From Octopus vulgaris (taxonomy: Eukaryota), in contig OX597834.1 in the NCBI GenBank assembly GCA_951406725.2, forward strand, positions 5,208,001 to 5,272,000: DNA of 64,000 nucleotides, read 5' to 3'. Both the position numbers and the translations under genes were made by a program. The notes below the pieces were generated by a model. That model was not told the DNA's origin. It worked only from the letters and a program-made list of their open reading frames with translations, and made no database searches. Positions within the stretch are counted from its first letter, which is position 1, and each line of letters begins with the position of its first letter. Below are positions 49,854-62,521 of this stretch, piece after piece.

Positions 49854-49978
49854 CATCTTTTGTGTCCTGTATTTTATTTTATTTCATTTGATACATATAT
49901 ATATTATGTATATATATATATATATATATATATTGATGCCCTGTATCTCTAAGCAATCTTTCAGGCACTGTTTTTGCA

Positions 49979-50135
49979 TTTTTTTTTTCTAGTTTCAGCT
50001 CAGAGCTGCGGCCATGCTGATGCACCGCCGTTAGGCAAAGCCAACCGCGGCAGAACTTGAACTCAGGTCGTGCTGACAGACAAAATGTCACTAGGCATTT
50101 TTCTCTGCATGCTAACGATTCTGCCAGCTCGCTGT
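49979..50135 (-). mobile_element. short chimera: SINE A head plus CR1/L2-type tail
   Basis: A head to GGTTGGCTTTGCCT, then GGCGGTGCATCAGCATGGCCGCAGCTCTGAGCTGAAACTAG and poly-A. Confidence 0.75.
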
Positions 50136-50229
50136 TTTTTTTTTTTTATATATATTTAAAAAAAAATTATATATTTATATTATATATATATATATTTTAA
50201 AAACAAGGACGCTGGCCAATGAGAAAATA

Positions 50230-50445
50230 AGAAAAACAAGATATCCATTGCACGCAATTTTCAACTTTCTCCAGAAGCATCCCAAGATGTGGCTTATTTC
50301 TTGATGTAGGTATATTTTCCTTGGAGTAATCCATATGATATAAATCCATAATAGCGGGCATAAATATTTGAAGAAGCTTTAAGTCACTCAGCTTTATATG
50401 GCTGTGTGCAAGCAATGTAGAAATTGAATTTGCAGTAGAAACCCA
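50230..50445 (-). mobile_element. possible Mutator-like transposase relic
   Basis: MPAIMDLYHMDYSKEN...TSW(fs)CFWRK resembles M--AI-A--YH--S--E-P-H--C...SWC-W. Confidence 0.25.
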
Positions 50446-50459
50446 CGTATTTGGAAGTG

Positions 50460-50605
<146 letters not shown>

Positions 50606-51225
50606 CTGTATGTATATGCACACACAAAGAGAATAAATTTAATATTTTATATTAAATATGTATTTAAAGAATAAATCTTCAGGTTAATGACAATAATATC
50701 TTGTACCATCTCGCTAATTATGGTCGGTACCATCGCCCCCACCTTTATCTTCATGGTTCTTCAGTTCAGCTGGCACGGGCAAGATATTTCTGCCTGGTTT
50801 TCGTTTGGCATGATCACAAATGTGCACAATATCTGTTGACCCTTATCTCATAATGACTGTGGCAACATGTTCTGCTTCAGGAAACGTGTAAATTGAAGTA
50901 GAGCCGTCATGCCTCAGTGCCCTTCATGGCACCGACCATTAAATAGAGAATCTGTTATTGTTGTCATAAGTTTTCAGACAAATTTCTCAATCGTAATAAA
51001 ACAACCTTTGCTATTTTTCCAGGCATCAGTGCAATTACCAATATTAGAATCACAACTAAATTTTCTTTCATTAGAATCAACACCAATGCCAACACCTCAA
51101 TCACCAAATATCTTTATAAATTTCTTTCCTTACATTCACCAGATCTCCACCACTACTATCACCAATTGTCCCTTCAAACCAATGAGAATGCCTCTATGTG
51201 GTCCCACAGTCTGATAGAAATAATA

Positions 51226-51458
51226 GCGGCGAGCTGGCAGAATCGTTAGCACGCCAGGTAAAATGCTTTGCGGTATTTCGTCTGCCGCTATGCTCTGAGT
51301 TCAAATTTCGCCGAGGTCGACTTTGGCTTTCATCCTTTCGGGGGGTCGATTAAATAAGTACCAGTTATGCACTGGGGATCGATATAATTGACTTAATCCG
51401 TTTGTCTGTCCTTGTTTGTTCTCTCTATGTTTAGCCCCTTGTGGGCATTAAAGAAATA
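51226..51458 (+). mobile_element. SINE family A (A1)
   Basis: Flanked by the direct repeat AGAAATAATAGC. Confidence 0.92.
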
Positions 51459-52089
51459 AGAAATAATAGCCAAGTTCACTCAAATACACAAATACAGAAA
51501 AGAAATAAGACATTTACTGTTTTTGATTCCATATTTCTGGCAGAATACATCGTCATTCTTTCGGTTTATTTCGAAAATAGTGAAGAATGTAGTAAAATAA
51601 CTTTGGTGTTATTAAACTAGTGTTTGGAACATAAATTTACAGGAAATTTTGGTGGAAAGTTTCAATTTAAATCACCAGAAAACAGTAAATCTGTATCATA
51701 GAATCTGGGGTGGTTTGGGGCAGGTTTTGGCATCAAAAGGGTGCAAAAAGACAATTTTTAATTAAGTTTGGAATGCCTCTGATCACAGTCTTCATGATTA
51801 GAGCTGACTTGTGAACTAAATAATGACAACTGCTACTAACACCACCTCCACTACATTCCTCACCTTCCATCTGCTGCTGACCCCACCACCACCACCACCA
51901 ACACCACCACTACCACTGCTACCACCACCATGGCCACAACCATGTCAGCTAATATCTCAGTTCCTATTGCCACAGTTCCACTGAATCAGAAAGAGAGCTG
52001 ATCATCAGTATGCATACCAGTAAAAAAAATTCTATATTGTTACTCACTCTGCTAGAAATAACAGCTAAACATCTCTCATATTACAGCCT

Positions 52090-53306
52090 ATCATCATCAT
52101 CATCATCATCGTCGGCTAACGTCCGCTTTCCCTGCTGGCATGGGTTGGACGGTTTGACTGAGGGCTGGCAAACCAGAAGGCTGCACCAGCTCCAATCTGA
52201 TCTGGCAAAGTTTCTACAGCTGGATGCCCTTCCTAATGCCAACCACTCCGTGAGTGTAGTGGGTGCTTTTTATGTGCCACCGGCATGCAGGCCAGTCAGG
52301 CAGTACTGGTATCGACCATGTTCAGATGGTGCATTCTATGTGCCACTGGCACAAGTGCCAATCAGGCAGTACTGTTATCAGCCACAACAATGACTTCACT
52401 TACCTCAACAGGTCTTTGCAAGTGCAGTTTATTGCCCAATGTTTGAAAGGTGCACTTAAATGGGCTGATTATGCTGCACTGGCATAGGCCACAGTTACGG
52501 TCTCACTTGGCTTGCCGGGTTTTCTCAAGCACAGCATATCTCCAAAGGTCTCGGTCACTTGTCATAGCCTCAGTGAGGCCCAATGTTCGATGGTCGTGCT
52601 TCACCACCTCATCCCAGGTCTTCCTGGGTCTACCTCTTCCACAGGTTCCCTCTGCTGCTAGAGTGTGACATTTCTTCACACAGCTGTCCTCAACCATATA
52701 CAATGCATGACAATACCAGTGCAGTCATCTCTCTTGCACACCACATCTGATGCTTCTCATGTCCAGCTTTTCTCTCAAGGTACTTACACTCTGTCCTATA
52801 TGCACACTGACATTACACATCCATCAGAGCATACTAGCTTCATTCCTTGCAAGGTTAAGCATGTTCTCAGCTGTCACGGCCCAAGTTTCACTGCCATGTA
52901 GCATGGCTGTTCGTACACATGTGTCACACAGTCTACCTTTCACTCTGAGTAAGGAGCCCTTTGTCATCAGCAGAGGTAGGAGCTCTCTGAACTTTGCCCA
53001 GGCTATTCCTATTCTAGCAGCTACACCTTCAGAGCACCCTCCCCAACTACTGACTTGGTCACCTAGGTAATGGAAGCTATCAACTACTTCTAGTTTTTCT
53101 CCCTGGAATATGAGGGAAGATGTTTTCTGTACATTTTCAGTGTTTATTGCCCCTGAGCATTTGCCACACACAAAAACTATCTTCCCAGTTAGCCTTCCTT
53201 TGATATTGCTGCACATCTTAAGTGTTCATAGCTTACACCAGGTACATTTTATGGAGTTTCTACCAACGCCTTTTCTACAGATCGAGCAGGGCCATCTACC
53301 TGAAGG
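52090..53306 (-). mobile_element. RTE-clade LINE, 5'-truncated; parent of family D
   Basis: WPCSICRKGVG...CTWC...C...CGKC finger, VDSFHYLGD, AWAKFREL, MLHGSETW, GRGRPRKTW, DRDLWR; ~400-nt 3'UTR; (GAT)n tail. Confidence 0.92.
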
Positions 53307-53539
53307 GAATTGTGGTTCATCTGATACCAGAAGAGAACAGAAAGAAATCAAACAACAGGAGTGAAAGGCTTGACAAAATCAAGCTTGTCCTCAACCAACA
53401 TTACTATGAAGAGAATGACATCAACTCTTCTATGAAAGAATGGGTCTATATTGTCACCAACACGTCACCATGAAGGAAGCATTCAGCATGGAGGAAACTA
53501 AAGTTTTAGACATGAGATGAAGTCAATAACTGATGCAGA

Positions 53540-53607
53540 CAGATAGATGGAGGAATAAATAGATAGATGGAGAGATAGACAGACAGACAGACAACCAGAT
53601 AGATAGG

Positions 53608-53698
<91 letters not shown>

Positions 53699-53702
53699 TT
53701 AG

Positions 53703-53739
<37 letters not shown>

Positions 53740-53790
53740 TAGATAGTTAGATAGATAGATAAAGAGAGAGATAGATAGAGAGATAGATAG

Positions 53791-53821
<31 letters not shown>

Positions 53822-53835
53822 GATAGATGGGTAGG

Positions 53836-53868
<33 letters not shown>

Positions 53869-53982
53869 GATAGGTAGATAGATAGATAGATAGATAGATG
53901 ATAGATAGATAGATGATAGATAGATAGATAGATGGATGAATAGACAGACAGATAGTCAGACAGACAGATAGATAGATAAACA
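53540..53982. repeat. (GATA)n
   Basis: Seen directly. Confidence 0.97.
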
Positions 53983-54858
53983 GACACTTACATGCTTGGC
54001 ACACATACACACCTACACAAATCATGCCCAGTTTCTACTCGGGAACATTCCCTTACAACAACAAATCTAAGGTAGAAGCTGGTTGGTAAAAACCAAGCAG
54101 AAGGCATTTGCCCAAGGATTTACACAGTTGAACCAGACAGATGGTTTGGAAGATGAACTTCTTAACCGTGCAACCTTTTTGTCCACTTGTCTGGTCAAAA
54201 TAAATATTTATTATGTTTAGTCTCTCTTTTCTTTTAATCTTTTTCCAATTCATCTTGGCTGCTAAGTTTGTAACAATAGTCAACACCTGTTGTTTGTCTG
54301 GTGTAGGTAACTGGCCTTTCTATAGATTGTTATTGCAATATTTAGCCTGGCTTGCTGCCTTCTTGGCTCAAGAGATGTTTATTAAATGTCCAAAAATAAT
54401 CAATTCGAGCACTGTACAGAATCTTTAGAATAATGGTAATTGTTAGTTAAAGATTAGTGAATGATAATTGACATAGTAAGAGGAAATTAACTTAACTATC
54501 AGCGAACAACAAAAGCTTCATCGGTAACAGTCAAATCCCCAAGTAAGTCTTTTGATAAAGTTTTGTTTTCACTTGGATGAGTCAAAAGATAAAATTATTC
54601 AAGTCATGTCAGATAGAAAAAAGAAAAAATATCTTAGAGCTGTGCATTGTAATACATTCATGACAACGACATAGCTTTAGGGCTGGGGATTTCACTTCTC
54701 AACCAAATGGTTCTAGGTTCAATTCCACTTATTATGAACTTAGAAAAATGTCTGTACCATAGCTTCATGATTTTATGATTTTTGAGTGAAATTTATTTGG
54801 TAGAAATTGAGTAGAAGCCCTTTAGACACACACACACACACACACACATACACACATA

Positions 54859-55131
54859 CATCATCATCATCATCATCGTTTAACATCTGCTTTCCTTGCT
54901 AGCATGAGTTGGACGGTTCGACTGGGGTCTGAGAAGCCAGGAGGGTGCACCAGGCTCCAGTCTGATCTAGCAGTGTTTCTACAGCTGGATGCCCTTCCTA
55001 ACACCAACCACTCCGTGAGTGTAGTGGGTGCTTTTTATGTGCCAGGCGAGGCTGGCAATTGCCACGATCGGTTGGTGCTTTTTATGTGTCACCGGCACGG
55101 AGGCCAGATGAGGTGGCACTGGCAATGGCCA
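54859..55131 (-). mobile_element. family D RTE 3'UTR fragment
   Basis: (CAT)n plus D consensus. Confidence 0.85.
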
Positions 55132-55715
55132 ATATAAATATATATATTTACTGAACCACTAGATTACTGGGACATAAACGGACCAACACCGGTTCTCAAG
55201 TAATATGTTTTGTTGTCAAATTATACTGAAGTTGACTCTACAAAAATGTAAGCAACAGAAGTAAAATCCATTAATTAATTTCAGAATATATATTTTTTAT
55301 ATAATTAGATTCAATCGATTACATATGATAGTATTTATAACTACAGAAACTATCTAATTAATTAATCTTATGAATTAAAATATAAACTACTAAATTAGTT
55401 ACAACATTAATACTGATTTGGTCAAAAAGTTGATTTGGTTTTTGTCAAAATTTAATTTCTTTTTACTCTAATAAGTAACTAATTTCAGTCTGTGCCTTGT
55501 ACATGTACACCAATTTGATACTTGACACTTAAATATACGAGAGATTTGGAGCTTTGGAGACTTAGTATTTCTCACTTAAATATAGTTTGACTTGAACTTG
55601 TGAAGAAACAGGTTTTGTTTTATATGCTTGGAATTGCCCTGAAAATGGAGAACCAAAACAAACATTATCGACACCTCGTGTTATTTTATTTTAAAAAAAG
55701 GCAAGAAAGTGACAT

Positions 55716-56140
55716 AGGCACAGGAGAGGCTGTGTGGTAAGTAGCTTGCTAACCAACCACATGGTTCCGAGTTCAGTCCCACTGCGTGGCATCTTGGGCA
55801 AGTGTCTTCTGCTATAGCCTCAAGCCGACCAAAGCCTTGTGAGTGGATTTGGTAGACGGAAACTGAAAGAAGCCTGTCGTATATATGTGTATATATATAT
55901 ATATGTGTGTGTGTGTATGTGTTTGTGTGTCTGTGTTTGTCCCTCTAGCATTGCTTGATAACCGATGCTAGTGTGTTTACATCGTCGTCACTTAGCGGTT
56001 CGGCAAAAGAGGCGGATAGAATAAGTACTGGGCTTACAAAGAATGAGTCCCGGGGTCGATTTGCTTGACTAAAGGCGGTGCTCCAGCATGGCCGCAGTCA
56101 AATGACTGAAATAAGTAAAAGAAAAAGAGAAAGAGAGAGT
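55716..56140 (+). mobile_element. SINE family B, full length
   Basis: All B modules present. Confidence 0.93.
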
Positions 56141-56194
56141 GAAGTGAAGATATGTGACCCTCTTGGTGCAAATGTCACATAAAATCATTCATTT

Positions 56195-56709
56195 CACACT
56201 GTGAAGTGGTTGGCATTTGGAAGAGCATCCAGTTGTAGAAACCTATTTCATTACTACCCACAAGGGGCTAAATATAGAGGGGACAAACAAGGAAAGATGC
56301 ATGGATTAAGTCGATTATATCGACCCCAGTGCGTAACTGGTACTTATTTAATCAATCCTGAAAGGATGAAAGGCAAAGTCGACCTTGGCAGAATTTGAAC
56401 TCAGAATGTAGTGGTAGACGAAATACCTCTAAGCATTTCGTCCGCTGTGCTAACGTTTCTGCCAGCTCGCCGCCTTAACCAGTTGTAGAAACCATTCCCA
56501 AACTGACCTCACCTGTGCTGGTACCATGTAAAAAACATTTACTCCACTCTGCGCGGAGTGGTTGGTATTAGGAAGGGCATCCACCCATAAAAATCATACC
56601 AAAGCAGACCAACACAGTAATCTGGTGTCGTCTTCTACCTGGCTGGCTCCTGTCAAACATTCCAACCTATGTCAGCATGGAACGCAGCTGTTTGATGACG
56701 ATGATGATG
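56195..56709 (+). mobile_element. family D-related tail containing an antisense SINE A1 (56244-56475)
   Basis: 15-bp TSD CCAGTTGTAGAAACC at 56229-43 / 56479-93; D motif occurs twice; (GAT)n end. Confidence 0.85.
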
Positions 56710-56814
56710 TATGGAGAGGATGTTGGTATGAAATGTGTGTGCCAATAGTGGTTTTCAAAATTTCAAATAGGAAACTTTTCAAGGTGCACCTCACTCTGGC
56801 TGGCCATTTGTGAT

Positions 56815-57717
56815 AAACGCCTTCAAAATGTCAACAGTAACCCCATTATACAACCACCATGATCACAGATATTCTTCAAATATTGAAATTGAGTGTTGGA
56901 AACCATCTGCATCAATTTGATTGCATCAACTGGCTCAATAATTGGGTCAATTGAATGAAGCCAGCCTCACCCAATGGATTTCCTTCTGAATAGATTTCAT
57001 TCTGCAAATGAATGAAGAACAGAATCTTTCATTGAAGAGAATGGTAACAAGGAATGAAAAATGGATTGTCTCTAACAATTTGAAGTGTAAAGAAACAAGG
57101 AGATGGTGGGGGAAGTATGGCAAACCACCACAAACAATCTGCAAAGCAGAACTTTACCTGAAGATGGTTATGCTTTTAGTTTGGAAGGCTTGTAAGGATG
57201 TTGTCTTTGGAAGGAGTTTCTTTGCACAGACAGGACCATCAGGACCATCAGGACCATCCTACTGTGACTAACTGGACAGTGATTTATAAACAGCATTCAG
57301 TACTTGCTAATTATAAGGATGCTGTCTTTCATAATGGCAATGCCAAACAGCACAGTCTTTTAAAAATTCAGAAGTTACTTGCGCTTGGCTGGGATGCTTT
57401 GCCACAGCCTTTGTACTTGGCCACCCTTGTTGTGCCTTAAAGACTTCCACCTGTTTTGGTCCCTTCAAAATTCATTGACTGGACAGATCTTCAACTCTGA
57501 ATAGGATCTAAAAATTCTCCTGGTGGAAGAGTTTTCCACCAGTAAAACTTGAACGTCTTTGAGTAGGAAATAATGGATCTTTCTAGAAGATGGCAGGAAA
57601 TACTGGAATGAAAGAGCAGTTGTATCACTGATTGAAAAAAAAATCACTTAGTTTTTTAAATCTTGTGTCTTGTTTTGCTTAAAAAAAAACTAAATGGACT
57701 TTTTTTGTCCAACCCAA
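56815..57717 (+). mobile_element. mariner transposase pseudogene with 3' TIR
   Basis: LKRMVTRNEKWI (cf. RIVTGDEKW), VMLLVW, VFHNGNAKQH (cf. HDNARPH), LGWDALPQPLY, DFHLFWSLQNSL; ends TTTTGTCCAACCCAA|TA. Confidence 0.88.
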
Positions 57718-57988
57718 TACATTGTACTAGATAAACTGCACCGATATCTTATTGACTGGTACTTATGTTACTAATAGGTAATGAAGACAAAGAGCAAATT
57801 CATTCATACGGCAAACAACATTGATTAAAATACCACAAGTATTTTTGATACGAAAGTTTTTACATTCTCAAGCACAGCTACACTGACAAACATAAATATA
57901 TGCACGTATACACGTGCGTGCACATGCACACAAGCACACACACACAAGAACAAGAGATGACACAAGTACAACAATGGTTATGTCATAA

Positions 57989-58175
57989 AGGTGGCGAGCT
58001 GGCAGAATCGTTAGCACGCTGGGCAAAATGCTTAGCAGTATTTCATCTGCTGTTACGTTCTGTGTTCAAATTCTGCCAAGGTTGACTTTGCCTTTCATCC
58101 TTTCGGGGTCGATAAATTAAGTACCAGTTACGCACTGGGGTTGATATAATCGATTTAATCCATTTGTCTGTCCTT
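57989..58175 (+). mobile_element. SINE family A, 3'-truncated
   Basis: Near consensus. Confidence 0.9.
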
Positions 58176-58332
58176 TTTTTTGCAAACTGCCCAGATCTTG
58201 GCCTCTTACACTTGTCCTACAATGTTACTTCATCAAAATCTCAAAGCTTTGAGCTAATGCCTGATTAATACAAAATAATGTGAATTAATAAGCATTATAT
58301 TTGAGAGGGTAACCTTTAAAGTTTAAGGTTAA

Positions 58333-58690
58333 CCTTAAGCTTTAAACCAGTCATATCAGGTCCAAATATTTTACCTGTTTTATGTTCAAAGTGGCCAGGT
58401 CCAGCCTCTCATACCAACCGAACATTGTCATTGTAAATGTATGCAGCCACATCATCAAAATCTCAAAGTTATGAGATACTCTTTTACTTTTTACTTGTTT
58501 CAGTCATGTGACTGTGGCCATGCTGGAGCACCGCCTTTAGTCGAGCAAATCGACCCCAGGACTTATTCTTAGTAAGCCTAGTACTTATCCTATCGGTCTC
58601 TTTTGCCGAACCGCTTAGTTACGGGGATGTAAACACACCAGCATAGGTTGTCAAGCGATGCTGGGGATACAAACACAGACACAAAAACAT

Positions 58691-58721
<31 letters not shown>

Positions 58722-58724
58722 TAT

Positions 58725-58769
<45 letters not shown>

Positions 58770-58999
58770 AGGCTTCTTTCAGTTTCCGTCTACCAAATCC
58801 ACTCACAAGGCTTTGGTTGGCCCAAGGCTATAGTAGAAGACACTTGCCCAAGGTGCCATGCAGTGGGACTGAACCCAGAACTGTGTGGTTGGTAAGCAAG
58901 CTACTTACCACACAGCCACTCCTATGCCTATAATGTATGATTAATTCAAGGCAATATGAATTAATAAACATTTGACAGAATTATCTGAATATTTAAGGG
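58333..58999. mobile_element. piggyBac-type MITE interrupted by a SINE B (58478-58929, minus); second partial MITE copy at ~58183-58312
   Basis: TTAA at 58329-32 and 59000-03; body is the reverse complement of 36022-36241. Confidence 0.75.
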
Positions 59000-59004
59000 T
59001 TAAA

Positions 59005-59362
59005 CATGAAGAGAAACAGGGTTACTCCCTGAAATTCAGATTATTTGTAAGAAGGACCTGCTATTCTAGATTTCACTCCTGACTCCTCCCAAAATAATTA
59101 ATAGTTTGTAGAATGTATAATAAACTGTCTTGATCTGGAGAAAGTTTAATATTTCAGGTATTTGCTAGACTTTCTTTCTTCCGCCCATGGCCATTGATTT
59201 TATTCACCATTTCACGAACTCTCTTTGTTGATTTATTGTTTCAAAGTAGACCATTGCTAGATTCCTGCTATTCCAGGTTTCACCTTGTTCTAAGACCTGT
59301 GTTACATATTCCAAACGTCAAAGTATGTAGAAAAGTCTGTAGATCATTTATTCACCCATTCA

Positions 59363-59413
<51 letters not shown>

Positions 59414-59519
59414 GTGTACACATCAGACAGCACATTACAGTATAAACACTCAAACGTGCACACACACAACTAACAATCCTGCACAACAAATGTACACTAC
59501 TGTAATAAGTACAAATCGA

Positions 59520-59556
<37 letters not shown>

Positions 59557-59973
59557 TTTACTCCTTCACAAGCAAGAAACATGAAAAGGGGTAAATAGGG
59601 TTAACTCAAGATAAAGTGAGCATGGGGAAGAGAGTGAATAAATCATATGTATATATATATATATAGTTCTATATATATATATATATATATTACGGAGATG
59701 TACTCGCATAGCAAGTAATTTGATCTAAGATCGTGTGCTGGAACGAAAACAATTGCAGGGTGGACGGTGTTTGTAAGCCATTTAAGAAACACACAAAAGC
59801 CGTTCGATTCACTTCAACATTTAAGTTTAATTTGTCAAAATATTTTCGTCGCTAAAATCCGCGACATTCTACAAACTATTAATTATTTTGGGAGGGGTTA
59901 GGAGTGAAATTTAGAATAGCAGGTCCTTAGGAAATAATCTGAATTTCAGGTAGGAACTCTGTTTCTCTTCATG
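59005..59973. repeat. inverted duplication, arms 59005-59116 and 59864-59973
   Basis: Arms are reverse complements with scattered mismatches. Confidence 0.92.
59691..59865 (-). mobile_element. PLE-type terminal fragment beside (TA)n
   Basis: Minus strand GTCGC-GGATTTTA-GCGAC-GAAA-ATAT-TT looks like a hammerhead 3' half; the 5' core is cut off by the inverted arm. Confidence 0.5.
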
Positions 59974-60003
59974 CATATATATATATATATATATTTACAT
60001 ATA

Positions 60004-60273
60004 TCGCCTTGACTGGCTTCTGTGCCGGTGGCACATAAAAAGTACCAACCAATCGTGGCTGTTGGCAGCCTTGCCTGGCACCTGTGCAGGTGGCACGTAA
60101 AAAGCACCCACTACCCTCACGGAGTGGTTGGCATTAGGAGGGCATCCAACTGTAGAAACACTGCCAGACCAGACTGGAGCCTGGTGCAGCCTTCTGGCCT
60201 CCCAGACCCCGGTCGTACCGTCCAACCCATGCTGGTACAGAAAACGGACGTTAAACGATGATGATGATGATGA
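60004..60273 (+). mobile_element. family D RTE 3'UTR fragment
   Basis: D consensus ending in (GAT)n. Confidence 0.85.
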
Positions 60274-60505
60274 TATATATATATATATATATATACACAC
60301 AAGCAAGCAGGATCCCATATATACACACATATCTGTTGATTTGTCCATTACAAGGAAGTGACTGGTGTGAATAGAAGAGAGTCAGTGAGACTGACATACC
60401 AATTATCCAATTCTATTAGTATAAGCTAAAATATTGTACTTGATGTGCTGCTATCTGGCATGTTCAATTTATGGAATTTATTTGATTTAGTAATAGCGGT
60501 ACTTG

Positions 60506-60752
60506 TTGGTGGTGCTGGTGGTGGTGGTGATGGTGCTGGTAGCAGTGATGGTGTTGTTAGTGGTTGTGGTGGTGGTGTATGTAGTGGAGATTATGGTGGA
60601 AGTGGCAGTGATGGGTTTATGGTGGCAGTGGTGGTGGTGGTGGCAGTGTTGGTGATGTTGGTGGTGATAGTGGTGATGTTAATTCCATTGCTAGTGTTAG
60701 TGATGGTGGTGATGATGGTGTGTGTAGTGGTGGTGCTGGTGGTGGTGTGATG
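60506..60752. repeat. degenerate (GGT)n
   Basis: Seen directly. Confidence 0.9.
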
Positions 60753-61143
60753 ATTAATGTTGTTGCTTCTGGTGTTTAAGTCCAGGTCAAACCTTGCTCA
60801 CATAAACCTATAATCAGAGGCATTTCAGGCATACCTTTTCTGTCTTTTCAAGAGCATCAGGGATCAACTGAGCCAATGTATTGCTTCTTTTAAGATCACG
60901 TCGGTGGGGATTTGATTGGTTACCATTTCTAGCAAGGTTCAGTGAACACACTCACAAGATTGATAACAACAGTGGACTGACTTGGGAGTAGCAAAGCTTG
61001 AAGAAAGTAAAGCAACCAGAGAAATATTTAATTATTCAATGATTTAAATAATGTAAGTAGCAAAGGGAACAAGCACAGTCCTTTTGGGTAAAGTTTGAAC
61101 AATGCCTTGTTAATTATTTTGGCGTTCTAATTTACATCAATCA

Positions 61144-61502
61144 TCTCTCTATATATAAACGGCAGTTTATCTGTGTGTCTGTCAGGTTGTACCCTCACCC
61201 TGACCACGGCTTTCAACCGATTCTGATGAAACTTGACACACACATAGCCCAATGTCATAATTCAAAACTAACGCAGCGAAAATTTTGAAAAGTTCCCCCA
61301 GTTCTGAAAAAAATCGATAAATTCGACATGGGGTCGAGAATCAGAAACACAAACCACAGACTGTCTAGGGGACGCAACTCGACCTTTTTAACTAAAAAAA
61401 AATTTAACATCATTTTTTTTCCATTTTTTGGCTATAACTCGCTAAAAATGCTTTATAGTTATTTCCCTTACAAACCCGAGCAACGCCGGGGGATACTGCT
61501 AG
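61144..61502 (+). mobile_element. non-autonomous Helitron
   Basis: A|TC...CTAG|T ends; same 3' hairpin as 16881-17276. Confidence 0.9.
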
Positions 61503-61894
61503 TCTTTGTATAAATGGACAATCGAATGAATCTGTCTAATTGCAGCAGCACTGCCTGTTCTGGTATTATTATTCTATAAATCACCGATGAGGAGATGGAT
61601 AGTTGCTATCTCTAGCGGCCGAGTGTCCATCATTGACAAAACCAAGGAGGGTCAAAATCATGTGACCTAGTGCTCTTGGCTCTGGGTGTGGGGGGTGGGG
61701 ATTTATCTCTCCGCTAGTGACAGAAGCAAGAGTGCATTTTGCACCGAAAGACAATATGGGAGTTTCTCTCCCTCATGGTAACTATTGCAGTATAGTTTGT
61801 TCAGAACACTTAATTTTTATGTGGGGTATGCATATATACTTATGTATGCATGCATGTATGTATGTATGTGTGCGTGCGTGTGTATATATATATA

Positions 61895-61971
<77 letters not shown>

Positions 61972-61974
<3 letters not shown>

Positions 61975-62134
61975 GGAGTAAACACATAAATGTGAGACAA
62001 GGTGGAATAAAAGAGTACTCAAATACCAGGTGTGGAGTAATATGCTTTATTTAAAAGCAGCAGAAATTCAACAAAACCTGTTACACGGAGTTTCAGGTTT
62101 TGTTGAATTTCTGCTGCTTTTTAAATAAAGTATA
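61972..62134. mobile_element. PLE-type fragment with fold-back end, embedded in (TA)n
   Basis: ~40-bp arms at 62041-62080 / 62094-62134 with a 13-nt loop. Confidence 0.65.
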
Positions 62135-62482
62135 TATATATAAAGATATATATATATATATAAATATATTCAAAAAGCAATAAAGATTCAAGTTAATTTA
62201 AATGAATTTACTTGAATATGGTACCTAACTTAGATGCACCAAAAAAAAACTATACTGATTTAACAATACAGTAATGTGGGGTGATTATAAGCGAGAATGA
62301 AGCAACAAGAATGGATAGGTTTTTAGTACAATCGTTTCATACAAGGACAGGTTTTATTAAAAGTTGCAAAAATTACAGCATATAAACGTATCCCGTACTA
62401 TATATATATATGAATAAAAAATGGAGTTTTTGCTGCCCTGGTAACTATTCATTTATTTTTCCGTGTTATTGAAAATACACTC

Positions 62483-62521
<39 letters not shown>

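Noticed and set aside
53310-53473. Short open frame after the RTE (VVHLIPEENRKK...)
   Set aside because: No recognisable motif or convincing splice sites.
60445-60750. Gly/Val-rich ORF
   Set aside because: Degenerate (GGT)n repeat.
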